A stretch of 64,000 nt of DNA from a virus (IMGVR_UViG_3300044673_000278:32001-96000); one strand, 5' to 3'. Shown: positions 36,414 through 46,100, numbered from the stretch's first letter. Notes: generated from the sequence alone by a model not told the origin. Numbers and translations: made by a program.

Positions 36414-37377
36414 GATTTTTCTTCCTTAATTCAATTTTGATTCTGCTGGTTTCTCTAGCTTGCATGATACTTAGTACGGTGGCCAAGCGACCATACTTCT
36501 TCACAGCATCATTGACATCCTTGCAATCTTCCCAATTGGGTATGCTCACTGCCCAACCCAACTCCACTGCACGATCAATCAGTTCCAAACCTGCTTGGTC
36601 TTGATCAGGTACCACTGTGACTTCTCGATCCAGGCTGCGAATCAGTCTGGCCTGCGCATCACTGATGGTGTTGTGCATCACTGCCAAGCCGCCAATGCTG
36701 AGAGCATCAAATATACCTTCCATGACCATGACATGTTGCCAAGATTCATGCTGTTGATCTATGCCAAACACATAGCCAGGTTGACTGTGATTGATGTACT
36801 TTGGTGATTTGTTGTCTAAGAATCTAGCAGTCCAGCCAATCAGTTTGTTGTCATAGGTGAATGGCACAGTGACATGTGGGCGAACCCAATGGATTCCATC
36901 ATTGCGTATGGCCGTGAGCATAGGAAAGTCTTCAGGCACACGTCGATCTCTAATGTAGTTCCAATACAAGGGCATGTCTGGTGTTATCAACTCCGATCCC
37001 GGTGGCAAATCATCTGACTCTTTGAACTCGATGCCTTGGATAGCATCTGACACACGCTTGCGATCATCGATGATGCCGTGTATGCTGCGATGCCTCAAAC
37101 TTTCCAAATTCAACACATCTATTTCAGCTTCGGGTACGCCCAACCAGCTCAACAGTCTACGAGCTTTGAAAGTTACTGTGCGCCCAAGAATAAAACTGGC
37201 TGTGTATCCGCAGTTGAAGCAATGATAGCTCCAACCCGATTCGTTGACTTTGAGTCCGCCGCGCTGACGTCGATCTGGATTTTGTCCGTTGTGTTGACAA
37301 CATACCGCATTGAAACTGATCCAGCCGCTGGGGCTGGATTTACGTTTTGCTGGCAAGTAAGTTTGTATGTCAAGCAT
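36391..37377 (-). CDS. DNA primase (gp61-like)
   Basis: Zn-binding CC.H...HCFNC; TOPRIM EGIFD, PDQD, KDVND. Confidence 0.9.
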   Translation of the reverse strand: MLDIQTYLPAKRKSSPSGWISFNAVCCQHNGQNPDRRQRGGLKVNESGWSYHCFNCGYTASFILGRTVTFKARRLLSWLGVPEAEIDVLNLESLRHRSIHGIIDDRKRVSDAIQGIEFKESDDLPPGSELITPDMPLYWNYIRDRRVPEDFPMLTAIRNDGIHWVRPHVTVPFTYDNKLIGWTARFLDNKSPKYINHSQPGYVFGIDQQHESWQHVMVMEGIFDALSIGGLAVMHNTISDAQARLIRSLDREVTVVPDQDQAGLELIDRAVELGWAVSIPNWEDCKDVNDAVKKYGRLATVLSIMQARETSRIKIELRKKNLVKRLRS

Positions 37378-37383
37378 CTGCTT

Positions 37384-37412
37384 ATTTTAACAGATATTGA
37401 CAGCGATATCAA
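37384..37412 (-). promoter_or_regulatory. sigma70-like promoter for primase-helicase (predicted leaderless)
   Basis: TTGATA-N17-TAAAAT ending 6 nt before ATG. Confidence 0.6.
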
Positions 37413-38479
37413 CGATATTGGAGATTGGTTATGGTACCGTTGTCAATCAAAACTGTGGCTGCTACAGTGCCCTGATACTGCAAAGGCAAGTAACCTGCTC
37501 CACCGCTGACAATGAATATACCTGCCACTTGACTGTTGTCGCCCAAAGTGGTATAGGCCTGTGCACCAGCGCCATTGCCCAAAATTTGCAGTCGGGGTGG
37601 TGCAACATAACCTTGTCCAGGATTGGTCAGTGTGATAGCAGTGACCACACCGTCTGTGACAGTGGCATTGGCTGTGGCACCAAAACCTAGGCTGTTGTTG
37701 AATGCCAAACGAATCAAAGGATGAAATCCTTCTACGTTCAAATGCCAACGTTTGGTTTCGTTGAAGAACTCGTAGCTGGCAGTGACATCGTACCAAACAC
37801 CCAAATAATCCTGTGCTGCTTGAGCTTTGATTGTGCCAGTGTAGTGGTCCAGATCCATGCTGATGGTTGTGAGTTGCTGGCCATTGGTTGGAAGTTCGCT
37901 GCTGTAGAATTCTGTGTTCTGTGTGGTGTTCACAGGCTCAGGTTGCAGTGCCCAATCTGGCCAATTTGTGGGGCCGGGCTGTAGCTGCTGTGCTTTGCCA
38001 TAAATGGTAGGAATGGTCAGCTCTTGGCTGGGCACAAACTCTGGGAATACTGAGTCCACAATGTTGCAGTTGCCGCGGGCACCCGAATTGTCGTCCACAA
38101 ATGCCGATTGTACATAGCTGCCTGCTGTGCGCTGAATGCTGTAGCTGCCGGGCTGTGCAACGACTTCAATGGTATCTGCACTGTTGAGCACAACTTTGAC
38201 CCGCCCAGTGGTTGCACTGAGTATGTCCATGTTTTTTTCCAGGATCAGTCTGTCCCCAGTTTGGTTCAGCAATCTAAAAACAAAACTGGATCCAGTGATG
38301 TTTACAGGCTTTTGGTCCTGATTAATGAATTCAAAGAGTAACACATTGTCTACTCCTTTGTTGATAGTAAGTTGTTTGGCGTACACTGGATCGTACCTCG
38401 CTGTGAAATAGCCACCGCCGGTGTCCACTAATAACACCCGAGTGATTTGTTGATATAGATAAACGGTGGTAGAATACAT
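37409..38479 (-). CDS. putative virion protein (BppU-like Ig N-terminus)
   Basis: F..INQDQKPVNITG; C-terminal GVVTAITLTNPGQGY and IVSGGAGY repeats. Confidence 0.65.
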   Translation of the reverse strand: MYSTTVYLYQQITRVLLVDTGGGYFTARYDPVYAKQLTINKGVDNVLLFEFINQDQKPVNITGSSFVFRLLNQTGDRLILEKNMDILSATTGRVKVVLNSADTIEVVAQPGSYSIQRTAGSYVQSAFVDDNSGARGNCNIVDSVFPEFVPSQELTIPTIYGKAQQLQPGPTNWPDWALQPEPVNTTQNTEFYSSELPTNGQQLTTISMDLDHYTGTIKAQAAQDYLGVWYDVTASYEFFNETKRWHLNVEGFHPLIRLAFNNSLGFGATANATVTDGVVTAITLTNPGQGYVAPPRLQILGNGAGAQAYTTLGDNSQVAGIFIVSGGAGYLPLQYQGTVAATVLIDNGTITNLQYR

Positions 38480-38484
38480 CTACC

Positions 38485-38504
38485 TATTTATCCGATTATA
38501 AATA
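38485..38504. promoter_or_regulatory. back-to-back T4-type late promoters
   Basis: TATTTA 38485-38490 (minus-strand TAAATA) and TATAAATA 38497-38504. Confidence 0.7.
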
Positions 38505-38510
38505 CCTCCG

Positions 38511-38888
38511 ATGGGCAATAACTTATTTGAAAAGCTGACTGAAAAATACCCGTTTATAACGCTGTGCATATATGCCAACGTTGAATACATAGGTGTAGTA
38601 CAAAACAGAGATGATGCTGTGACCACTATCTACGACTTTGGTGCAGTGCAAAGTCAGCAAGACAAGTTGGATTTCCTAGAACTGGCCAGTCAATGGTGGT
38701 GGGAAAGCAACAGATCTATACCCATCAACATATTCTTACGCGGTGATTGGGACCGTTTCAAAGGCACCTTGCGTACCTTCTCAAACAAAGATCTTGAAAT
38801 CTTACACGGGCCTATATGCAGCCTTCAAGACATAGCCCGCAAAAAATCTAAACGCAAATCAATTACGCTGGTTCGTCGCATGGACTGA
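38511..38888 (+). CDS. hypothetical protein
   Basis: 125-aa ORF, WWWESNRSIPINIFL motif, basic tail. Confidence 0.8.
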   Translation: MGNNLFEKLTEKYPFITLCIYANVEYIGVVQNRDDAVTTIYDFGAVQSQQDKLDFLELASQWWWESNRSIPINIFLRGDWDRFKGTLRTFSNKDLEILHGPICSLQDIARKKSKRKSITLVRRMD

Positions 38889-39441
38889 GCAGATTCATAT
38901 GCAATGCCACAAGCCTTGCGTATGATACAGCATGTGACTTCTTGAACACAAATCCGCGGCTGGCATCTCCATCCCATACTGACGCAAATACTTCTGCCCA
39001 AGGCCTACGTTGCAAGTGTGCTTTGCCCGGACGAATAATACTGATAAATGCAGCCATTCTGGGAATAGAGTCGGGTCGCATTTGTTGCAGCAAATCTGTG
39101 TAGTTTCCTACGTGTACCAATTGAGCAGCCCAGGCACTGTCAGTCCATAAACGCTGCCAATCGGGTGTTTGTGCTAGCACTTGTTCATAATGCTCAGGAC
39201 TCTGCACCAAACTGTACACACTCATATTCAGCAAGTCGATTTTGAAATAGCCACGCTGTTCTGCTGTTTCATAGTCCAGTGCTGCACATCCATGCACAGG
39301 ATCTTGTGGTATGTCAGTGACATAGATGCCCGAGTTATGATGCCGCGGTCGTCCATTGACTTCTAGGCGTGCAGGTACATGGCGGATCAACGCCAGCAAT
39401 TTATCCCTGTCGGGCATGTCGATGTCAATGTCTGCACTCAT
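38863..39441 (-). CDS. minimal DNA polymerase III alpha (family C) palm/fingers fragment
   Basis: ADIDID, HNSGIY, GYFKIDLL, SIIRPG, FKKSHAVSYA. Confidence 0.85.
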   Translation of the reverse strand: MSADIDIDMPDRDKLLALIRHVPARLEVNGRPRHHNSGIYVTDIPQDPVHGCAALDYETAEQRGYFKIDLLNMSVYSLVQSPEHYEQVLAQTPDWQRLWTDSAWAAQLVHVGNYTDLLQQMRPDSIPRMAAFISIIRPGKAHLQRRPWAEVFASVWDGDASRGFVFKKSHAVSYARLVALHMNLLSPCDEPA

Positions 39442-40190
39442 AACTTTTCCAATTGAGGTATAATAATTTTTTCTGCAAAGGCTCTGTGTGCGTCCACTGA
39501 ATAATGACCAATCAAGGGTTGATCCTTAAAATCGATAGGCTCAAATCCTTGCTGATGGCACCAAGTTGTAAAACTGAACTTTTCAAAGTCAAAAAAGTTT
39601 TCTTCGCTGAGCTGTGATTTAAAAAAGTCCAGTAAATATTCTTCTTTCAGTTCCTCAGACATTGGTCCTTGAAAAATTAAAAATTTAATATCCAACTGTT
39701 TCATCAAAGTCTGAAACATCACAAGATCACACATGAGATTTATGCGTTCTGCATACGGGCTGTAGTAGTATGCACGACCTTGATAGTATTTGTCAAGAAA
39801 ATCATTTTGGTACTTGTTTGCAATCTGTTTTCCTCCCAACAACAAATCTCGCCAATTGTTTTTATGGGAAAACATGTGAGGACAAAAGTTAGACTCTGCC
39901 GGATCGGCGTTTGTTACATCTTCGTGCCATAATTCAAACCTTAATTCAAAAGACAACGAAATCAATGCAATTATTTTTTGTTCCGGATTCAACTGTCTTT
40001 GCTGAATTAGATCATGCACAGAAGTTCTGACGATGCGTCTATTACAGCTTCCCCTGATTGCATTATTAATCACAAACCCATTGAGATGCTGCCCAACCAC
40101 GTGAGCATAGGTATTTTCTTTAAGCGCAGGAAAAAAATTTTGATCGCTGTAACTGTCACCGTTACAATAAACCAGCGGATGATCGTTCAT
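39438..40190 (-). CDS. SGNH/GDSL-like hypothetical protein
   Basis: NGDSYS, NNA..GS.N, C-terminal GH....H. Confidence 0.6.
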   Translation of the reverse strand: MNDHPLVYCNGDSYSDQNFFPALKENTYAHVVGQHLNGFVINNAIRGSCNRRIVRTSVHDLIQQRQLNPEQKIIALISLSFELRFELWHEDVTNADPAESNFCPHMFSHKNNWRDLLLGGKQIANKYQNDFLDKYYQGRAYYYSPYAERINLMCDLVMFQTLMKQLDIKFLIFQGPMSEELKEEYLLDFFKSQLSEENFFDFEKFSFTTWCHQQGFEPIDFKDQPLIGHYSVDAHRAFAEKIIIPQLEKL

Positions 40191-40223
40191 TTTGTACACA
40201 GTTCTATAGTCATAACGGCACGT

Positions 40224-41363
40224 TCATGCTCTAGTAGGGAAATAATCTTGTCTGGTCCCGGTCCTATCCAGATCAGTGGTTACACAGTGTATGCCGCCAT
40301 CCCAAAAATATCTGTGCCTAAGTGGAACCACATGCGGAGTCATTCCGTATCTCCCCAGCGCATCAAATACAGATTTGTTGTAGTTGAAAACTATGACATT
40401 TTTTGGATCGACGATCAACATATTGACATCAAATACTGTTTCCTCCACATACCCTGTCCAATGCTTTAGCCATTGCTCTACCACGTTGATGACATCTTGA
40501 TCGTGTTCAAAACCTGGTATCCACCAACGACCGTTGTTTTTCTGTTTTAAATGAAGAAAAGAACTAACTTTTTCCCAGCTCTGACTTGGTAGGTATACTA
40601 CTTCCCATCCAGGGAACGTGTCTGCATATGTGGGCACGTCTTTAAGACTAATGATCAAGCCTGGCGCAACTGGACAGAATACACCATCGCTATGACCTCC
40701 TGTATTGACTACATGATTTCTAGTGGTAGTGAACTCTGAGTCTATCAATTTCTGATACTGTTGTCTATCTTGAGTGTACGAATCTGTACCAAAATACAAA
40801 TCTTTACCAACCCTGGTTATTAAAGCTCCAGGTGCTGTACTGATCCGCTGATTGCTTACAATCTTATTTCCTGATTTTTCTATTGTATCAAATATTTTAT
40901 CATAACTTGAATAAAATTTCTGAAATTTTGATAGATTGTGTAACTCGTTGCATTCATCTTGAATTCGCTGTGGCAACGAATTGAACTCTTCAACAGAAGT
41001 ACATTTTGGCCAAGACGGATCTTTGACTGCTTCGTAAAATTTCTCAATGTTCAGTTGATAACCTTTGTAAAAAACTTCGCCTATCATGATCATGTGATCC
41101 CTGGGCGTCATTGGTGGAGGCAAATATTTGCCGCCTATAAAGATATCTTTGAACTCAGGAAGCTCGGGCCTCAAAACTCTAACGCCAAATTCTTCGAGCT
41201 TTTTAATTAATAGTTGATAGTCTTCTTCGGTTTCCTGTGCTATCTTCTCAAACAGTTTTCTTACATGTGGTTTAGTTATCCACTGATAGTATTCGGGTGG
41301 GTATGTTTGTCCTACCACACACAATTTTAAAGGATCCCAGTGCTGATATACGCTTAATGTCAT
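40224..41363 (-). CDS. second amidinotransferase-family protein
   Basis: HWDPLK, PRDH, GHSDG, FDVNML, DGGIHCVT. Confidence 0.85.
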   Translation of the reverse strand: MTLSVYQHWDPLKLCVVGQTYPPEYYQWITKPHVRKLFEKIAQETEEDYQLLIKKLEEFGVRVLRPELPEFKDIFIGGKYLPPPMTPRDHMIMIGEVFYKGYQLNIEKFYEAVKDPSWPKCTSVEEFNSLPQRIQDECNELHNLSKFQKFYSSYDKIFDTIEKSGNKIVSNQRISTAPGALITRVGKDLYFGTDSYTQDRQQYQKLIDSEFTTTRNHVVNTGGHSDGVFCPVAPGLIISLKDVPTYADTFPGWEVVYLPSQSWEKVSSFLHLKQKNNGRWWIPGFEHDQDVINVVEQWLKHWTGYVEETVFDVNMLIVDPKNVIVFNYNKSVFDALGRYGMTPHVVPLRHRYFWDGGIHCVTTDLDRTGTRQDYFPTRA

Positions 41364-41713
41364 TTTGTATCAGTGTCGCACAATGCCACAGCAATACGCA
41401 CAGCATCTTCTGCACGATCACGAGCCAACAATGCATCAGCCACAGTGGGATGCTTTTTCGCCATCGCCAGCATGTGTTTTTCTTCTTCCATTTTGCGGCG
41501 TGCCCATTGCACAGTTTCCATGGTAAGCCCGTCAAGTTCGATTTGTGGATAGCTTGATTGCATGGGCAACCATGAGCTGCCGTCATACACTTCGAGATTG
41601 CTACCGGTGTAGCGAACCATGCCCGCACTGGGACGACTCATGTCAACATATGGTTGATTGTAGATATTGCCCGAAATGTGTATACCCGGCCCGCTTGTGA
41701 TATTTCTAATCAT
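41360..41713 (-). CDS. hypothetical protein
   Basis: GMVRY...LEVYDGSSW motif followed by a helical tail. Confidence 0.75.
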   Translation of the reverse strand: MIRNITSGPGIHISGNIYNQPYVDMSRPSAGMVRYTGSNLEVYDGSSWLPMQSSYPQIELDGLTMETVQWARRKMEEEKHMLAMAKKHPTVADALLARDRAEDAVRIAVALCDTDTK

Positions 41714-41714
41714 A

Positions 41715-42389
41715 TTACCATCCTGCTGTTGTTAGTATTTCTCTAGCATAGGCTAGATCTTCTGCACTGGAATCAAACTTGCTTTGCCACACATCACTGT
41801 TGATGTAGGGCCACACAATCTGTAGTTGCTCTGAACTCAACTGTGTCAAGAACTCTTGTCCAGATTCTGAATTGTAAATTACCCAAGGACTGATACGTCC
41901 TGTGGTAATAGCATGGCACGTACCGTTTGCACTGCCATATCTCAAACAATCCTGTGGCCTTGCAGCATTGCGTTCTGCCCAGTCTATGCTGTATTCTACA
42001 CTGCGAGCCAAGGCGTCTGCAACTGATTCGGCCTGCAAGTACCAAATCAAATACTCTGTGTAGATTCGATCACTGCACCATTGATCAATTTTCTTTTGGT
42101 TTTTCAGCAACCAATCGATCATTCTGGCCGGATTGATCACCACCGTGTCCACACAGTAACGTCCGAACTTTACAAATGCTCGGTAGTACGGAGACTCAGC
42201 AAAGTCATCGTAAGTACGTGACTTGGTGCTTTTGTTCATGAGCCTGTAGAACTCAAGATATGCTTGAAACCCAATCTGAACTCCACGTTCGTGCTGTTGC
42301 ATTCTACGCCGCTTGGGCTCGCACATGTGTGCAACAATGGTGCTTTCTCTAGCAAATGTTTTGTGACAGAACTCACACTGGTACGTCAT
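41715..42389 (-). CDS. zinc-finger-containing hypothetical protein
   Basis: CEFC..F......AHMC at the N-terminus. Confidence 0.75.
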   Translation of the reverse strand: MTYQCEFCHKTFARESTIVAHMCEPKRRRMQQHERGVQIGFQAYLEFYRLMNKSTKSRTYDDFAESPYYRAFVKFGRYCVDTVVINPARMIDWLLKNQKKIDQWCSDRIYTEYLIWYLQAESVADALARSVEYSIDWAERNAARPQDCLRYGSANGTCHAITTGRISPWVIYNSESGQEFLTQLSSEQLQIVWPYINSDVWQSKFDSSAEDLAYAREILTTAGW

Positions 42390-42390
42390 T

Positions 42391-42843
42391 TCACTTGCGT
42401 TCTTGGCCTGCAGACTTAAAGTAAGCATCAATTTCTTTCTGTGATACCAACTGCATCATCACATCAATTTCATCGTCTTTGTAAGTGGGATATATTTCTT
42501 GCAGTGCTTTGCGCTTGGCACTGGCCCCGGCTTCTTTTTTCTTGGGCGGGATCCAGTTGTGCTTGGGTGTGCCCATGTCTGGACTCACTGTGGTTGCCAA
42601 CAGCCATTGCAGCTTTTTGTGTGCGGCTGTGTTCACTGCAAAGAAGTGTTTGTTGAGTCGTTCGTTGGTAGAGATCACGTAAAACTCTTGCAGATCACGT
42701 GAACCTTCCACAGCCGAACCCCAACGAATCATGAGATAGGGCGAAAACTTTTTGCGTTCTTCTTCTGTGAGTTCGTCGTAGAATCGTCGATTCTTGCGAT
42801 CGAACTGTCGCATTTCGTTGCCGATGTTTAGTTTATCACTCAT
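42391..42843 (-). CDS. probable clamp-loader small subunit (gp62-like)
   Basis: FSPYLMIRW..S, N..., LQW, NWI.PKK pattern; replication gene context. Confidence 0.6.
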   Translation of the reverse strand: MSDKLNIGNEMRQFDRKNRRFYDELTEEERKKFSPYLMIRWGSAVEGSRDLQEFYVISTNERLNKHFFAVNTAAHKKLQWLLATTVSPDMGTPKHNWIPPKKKEAGASAKRKALQEIYPTYKDDEIDVMMQLVSQKEIDAYFKSAGQERK

Positions 42844-43081
42844 TGGGTTTCTTTAGATTATACAACACAAACAGCTTGTCTAGCAACTCCCGCATTTCCG
42901 GATCTGACTCACACATCTGCAATATATCATTCATTTCACTGGCGTATTCACGCATGGCCAGGCTAGTTGGGGTGTCAGTCCAGCCCACCAACTGACGCTT
43001 GGTCTCACCGAACTTACGAGCATATACTCTGTTGTCTACACGCTCATAAACATAGGTTGCGCCCGGAGTCAGTGTACCCAT
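42836..43081 (-). CDS. hypothetical protein
   Basis: 81-aa ORF coupled on both sides. Confidence 0.75.
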   Translation of the reverse strand: MGTLTPGATYVYERVDNRVYARKFGETKRQLVGWTDTPTSLAMREYASEMNDILQMCESDPEMRELLDKLFVLYNLKKPNE

Positions 43082-43416
43082 TAGTGATTCCTTTTGCCGT
43101 CAAACACACAGTTAAACAACAAGTTCATTTCGCCGTCATTGATCACACGATGAAATGCACCGTCGGGAATTAGTATAACGTCACCAGCATTGACTCTAAA
43201 CTTTTCTTCGTCCACAATCATCATGCCTGTGCCTTGCACAAAGAAATAAACTTCTTCTTGTCCAGCATGACTGTGTCCGCGAGTGGCCTGACCTCGATAC
43301 AGTTTGGTAGAACTCAGCACAAGATTTTTCAGTGTCTTGTTGTCTTTGAGCAAGTAGGTTTCGTTGTCTTTGACAACTTCGCCGCCGACGTCGTGTATAG
43401 TGTATTTGATATTCAT
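43081..43416 (-). CDS. cupin-domain protein
   Basis: GHSH..QEEVY and GD.ILIP.G.FH. Confidence 0.9.
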   Translation of the reverse strand: MNIKYTIHDVGGEVVKDNETYLLKDNKTLKNLVLSSTKLYRGQATRGHSHAGQEEVYFFVQGTGMMIVDEEKFRVNAGDVILIPDGAFHRVINDGEMNLLFNCVFDGKRNH

Positions 43417-43417
43417 G

Positions 43418-43918
43418 TTACCAGGCCTTGTTGTAATCTACAATTTCACAGTTGCGACTGACATCTTTGACAAAGTAAACACACGCAGGTTTATCGCCGT
43501 CGTCAAGAGGTACAGCCAACATCTGTCCATTTTTTAACTTGGGTGCATACCAGTTTACTTCGTGATACACATCCAGGATCTCGATGTCTGGAAAACTGGG
43601 TCTAAAGCTCGAAAGAGGATTGAATTCAAATACCTTGAATCCTCGATCATTGATTGATGTCAATGGTAGCACTTCTAGGTCACCAATCTCAGGTTCACCA
43701 ATTAAGATTTGCCAGTCCATAGGCATGCGGATTGTGTTGTGACCTATTCTCAGTACCAGTGCAGGAGATGTAAAGCTCTCTAAAAATATCAAGGGTATAA
43801 AGTGATAGTCCGGGTCTGCTGGATTGGAATTATCTAATATAGCAAAACGCATGTCATCTATTTCATCGGGCAAATGATCTAGATCATAATGTTGATTGTC
43901 TAAGGTTAATATACGCAT
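43418..43918 (-). CDS. hypothetical beta-rich protein
   Basis: 166-aa ORF behind TTGACA-N17-TAAAAT. Confidence 0.8.
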   Translation of the reverse strand: MRILTLDNQHYDLDHLPDEIDDMRFAILDNSNPADPDYHFIPLIFLESFTSPALVLRIGHNTIRMPMDWQILIGEPEIGDLEVLPLTSINDRGFKVFEFNPLSSFRPSFPDIEILDVYHEVNWYAPKLKNGQMLAVPLDDGDKPACVYFVKDVSRNCEIVDYNKAW

Positions 43919-43926
43919 ATGGTTTT

Positions 43927-43955
43927 ATTTTACTTGGTTCATTTCACATTGTCAA
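43927..43955 (-). promoter_or_regulatory. sigma70-like promoter (near-leaderless)
   Basis: TTGACA-N17-TAAAAT ending 8 nt before ATG 43918. Confidence 0.7.
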
Positions 43956-44634
43956 CAATTTTACGATGTATGTTGGCAGCAATGATCTCCTGAGTTGCTC
44001 GGTCAGTATGAAATGGGGAGTCGTAATCTCTGTTGGCAGCACTAAAATCGTATGCTGCTTGTCCAATGTCTGCATCTTTGAAATTCAATGGCAAGATTCC
44101 TGTGGCTTGAATTCGATTGTGCCAGTACTCAAAAACCCACTCGTCGCGTTGAGCACAAACTGAATCATTGTACATGTATTTGAGATATAGTTTAACTGCT
44201 TTGATCTGCTCAGCAGTTAAATTAAAAAATGGGTTGTTTTCAAGGTCTTGCCACACTGTACTGACTACCATACCTCCGTCGGTTTCTACATCGTCAAACG
44301 AGCCAACATACGGTGTGCCAGAGCTAGAGTAACAAGGATTGTAGTATATGAAGTTTTTTAGAGGAGCATGTTGATTATAAAATTTATCTTTTAAATATAC
44401 CTCGACCCTGCTGCTCCAAGTTTTTCCATACACAATTACACTGGGATTGAGTTTCAAAGCCTGATCAATTTGAAACCAAATAGCAGTATTGCTCATGCCT
44501 CCGTGTGCAAGATTCGTTACTTCGTAACCGTACTGGTCTTCTAGTATCTGACTAAAATGAGCCCTGGGCCCAGTGGTCTGAATTGTTTGAACAGTGCTGG
44601 CACAAAAACTATCGCCGCATACAACGATCTTCAT
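43939..44634 (-). CDS. SGNH/GDSL-like hypothetical protein
   Basis: CGDSF, NLAHGG.SN, C-terminal PFH. Confidence 0.65.
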   Translation of the reverse strand: MKIVVCGDSFCASTVQTIQTTGPRAHFSQILEDQYGYEVTNLAHGGMSNTAIWFQIDQALKLNPSVIVYGKTWSSRVEVYLKDKFYNQHAPLKNFIYYNPCYSSSGTPYVGSFDDVETDGGMVVSTVWQDLENNPFFNLTAEQIKAVKLYLKYMYNDSVCAQRDEWVFEYWHNRIQATGILPLNFKDADIGQAAYDFSAANRDYDSPFHTDRATQEIIAANIHRKIVDNVK

Positions 44635-46100
44635 GCCAGTTTCATCCACTCTAGTTTTTCAGCAGTAAACGGGTAGTTGGCTTCCTTGTAGTAGGCCTTG
44701 CGCTTGGTCAAATGGCGCTTGGCGAACTTGCATGTTGAAGTTATGTCCCAAATTTCTACGTGGTCTTTGTCCTCGGCTTTGCGGATACCACGACCGATAC
44801 TTTGAATAACCCGCACAAAACTCTTTCCTGGCTCCACCAGAACCAAGTTAAAGATCCTAGGTATGTTAATGCCCACAGCAGCCACACCGTATGTTGCCAC
44901 AATGATTTTGTCTGTTGCTTCGGCCACTGATTCGTATTCTGTTTGCCTGTCTTTGGATTTGGTTGCGCCAGAAACAAACACTGCACGATCACCCAGTCGT
45001 TCAACCAAGGCGTGTCCAGCAGCTACACGATCCACCAAGACCAGGGTATTGCCAGTTTCGTTGACCTGTTGAATCAGTGCTGCCATTGCGTCCAACCTGC
45101 CAGACTCTTCCAACAGGTATTTTAACTCACTTTGATAGTCTTTGAACTCTACATGGTCCACCAACTGCACAATATTCACATGGCACTGTGCCAGTACACC
45201 TTGCTGTTGTAGTTCGTTGGCTGACAGTTTGCTAACAACAGGACCCAAGCTGACCAGCAGTGCTTGGCTTTCGAACTTCTCTTTGGGCACTGTGCCTGTG
45301 AGGCCCCAGCGAATTGGCACTCTCGCCATTACACCTGTGAGCAAGGTTTTTAGTGCATCAGCTTTGGCCATGTGTACTTCGTCAACCATGACGCATACTA
45401 CATCTTCAATGAAGTCTTGTATGGTGATGTCTGCTACACCGTTCTTGGTATTCTTCATCAGCACGTTGAGGCTTTGCCATGTGCAGATGGTGTGTCTGTG
45501 CCCGTGTTCTTTTCTATCGCCAAAGTACACACCCACGTCCAGGCCAACGTTGCGATAGTCTTTTTCTGTTTGTCGCACAAGATCTTTGTTGGGCACAATC
45601 ACTATGCTACGACCAAATGGCTCCACTGCGGCGCTCAGCGTGGCAGTCATGATTGTTTTGCCTGCACCCGTGGCCACTTCCTGAATGCTCTGTGGATTTT
45701 CCAAGAAGTTGTTGACAATCTCCACCTGATAGTCGCGCAACATAATAGGCTGTCCTTCTGCAGGATGCCCTTTGGGCCATGTCTTGTGTGCCCAGCTGTG
45801 TTCTGTTACTTGTGTAAATTCAAATGTGTTGCTGTAGTCTCGTTGATCATCTAAGTCAATGTCGTATCCCAACTGCTCTAGCACAGGAACGATATCCGGC
45901 AAGAGATTTGTAAAGGTACTTCCGCCCAGTTGGAAATAGCTGACTTTGCCGTCCCAGCGTCCTAGCCTCACAGCAGGAAGGTAACGTGCATATGGCACAT
46001 CGTATTTGAAAGCGTTTACTAAACGTTTGCGAGCGTCAAGATCCAATCCTTCGATTTTGATGTTAACCTCGTCCTTGATAACTATGGTTGCTTGTTTCAT
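44631..46100 (-). CDS. uvsW: SF2 helicase UvsW
   Basis: WDG, LRDYQ, ATGAGKT, DEVH, LTGT, QSIGRGIR. Confidence 0.93.
   Translation of the reverse strand: MKQATIVIKDEVNIKIEGLDLDARKRLVNAFKYDVPYARYLPAVRLGRWDGKVSYFQLGGSTFTNLLPDIVPVLEQLGYDIDLDDQRDYSNTFEFTQVTEHSWAHKTWPKGHPAEGQPIMLRDYQVEIVNNFLENPQSIQEVATGAGKTIMTATLSAAVEPFGRSIVIVPNKDLVRQTEKDYRNVGLDVGVYFGDRKEHGHRHTICTWQSLNVLMKNTKNGVADITIQDFIEDVVCVMVDEVHMAKADALKTLLTGVMARVPIRWGLTGTVPKEKFESQALLVSLGPVVSKLSANELQQQGVLAQCHVNIVQLVDHVEFKDYQSELKYLLEESGRLDAMAALIQQVNETGNTLVLVDRVAAGHALVERLGDRAVFVSGATKSKDRQTEYESVAEATDKIIVATYGVAAVGINIPRIFNLVLVEPGKSFVRVIQSIGRGIRKAEDKDHVEIWDITSTCKFAKRHLTKRKAYYKEANYPFTAEKLEWMKLA

Noticed and set aside
38863-39441. dnaE pseudogene or split-intein fragment
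   Set aside because: No stops or frameshifts, motifs kept while spacers are deleted, and no intein terminal residues
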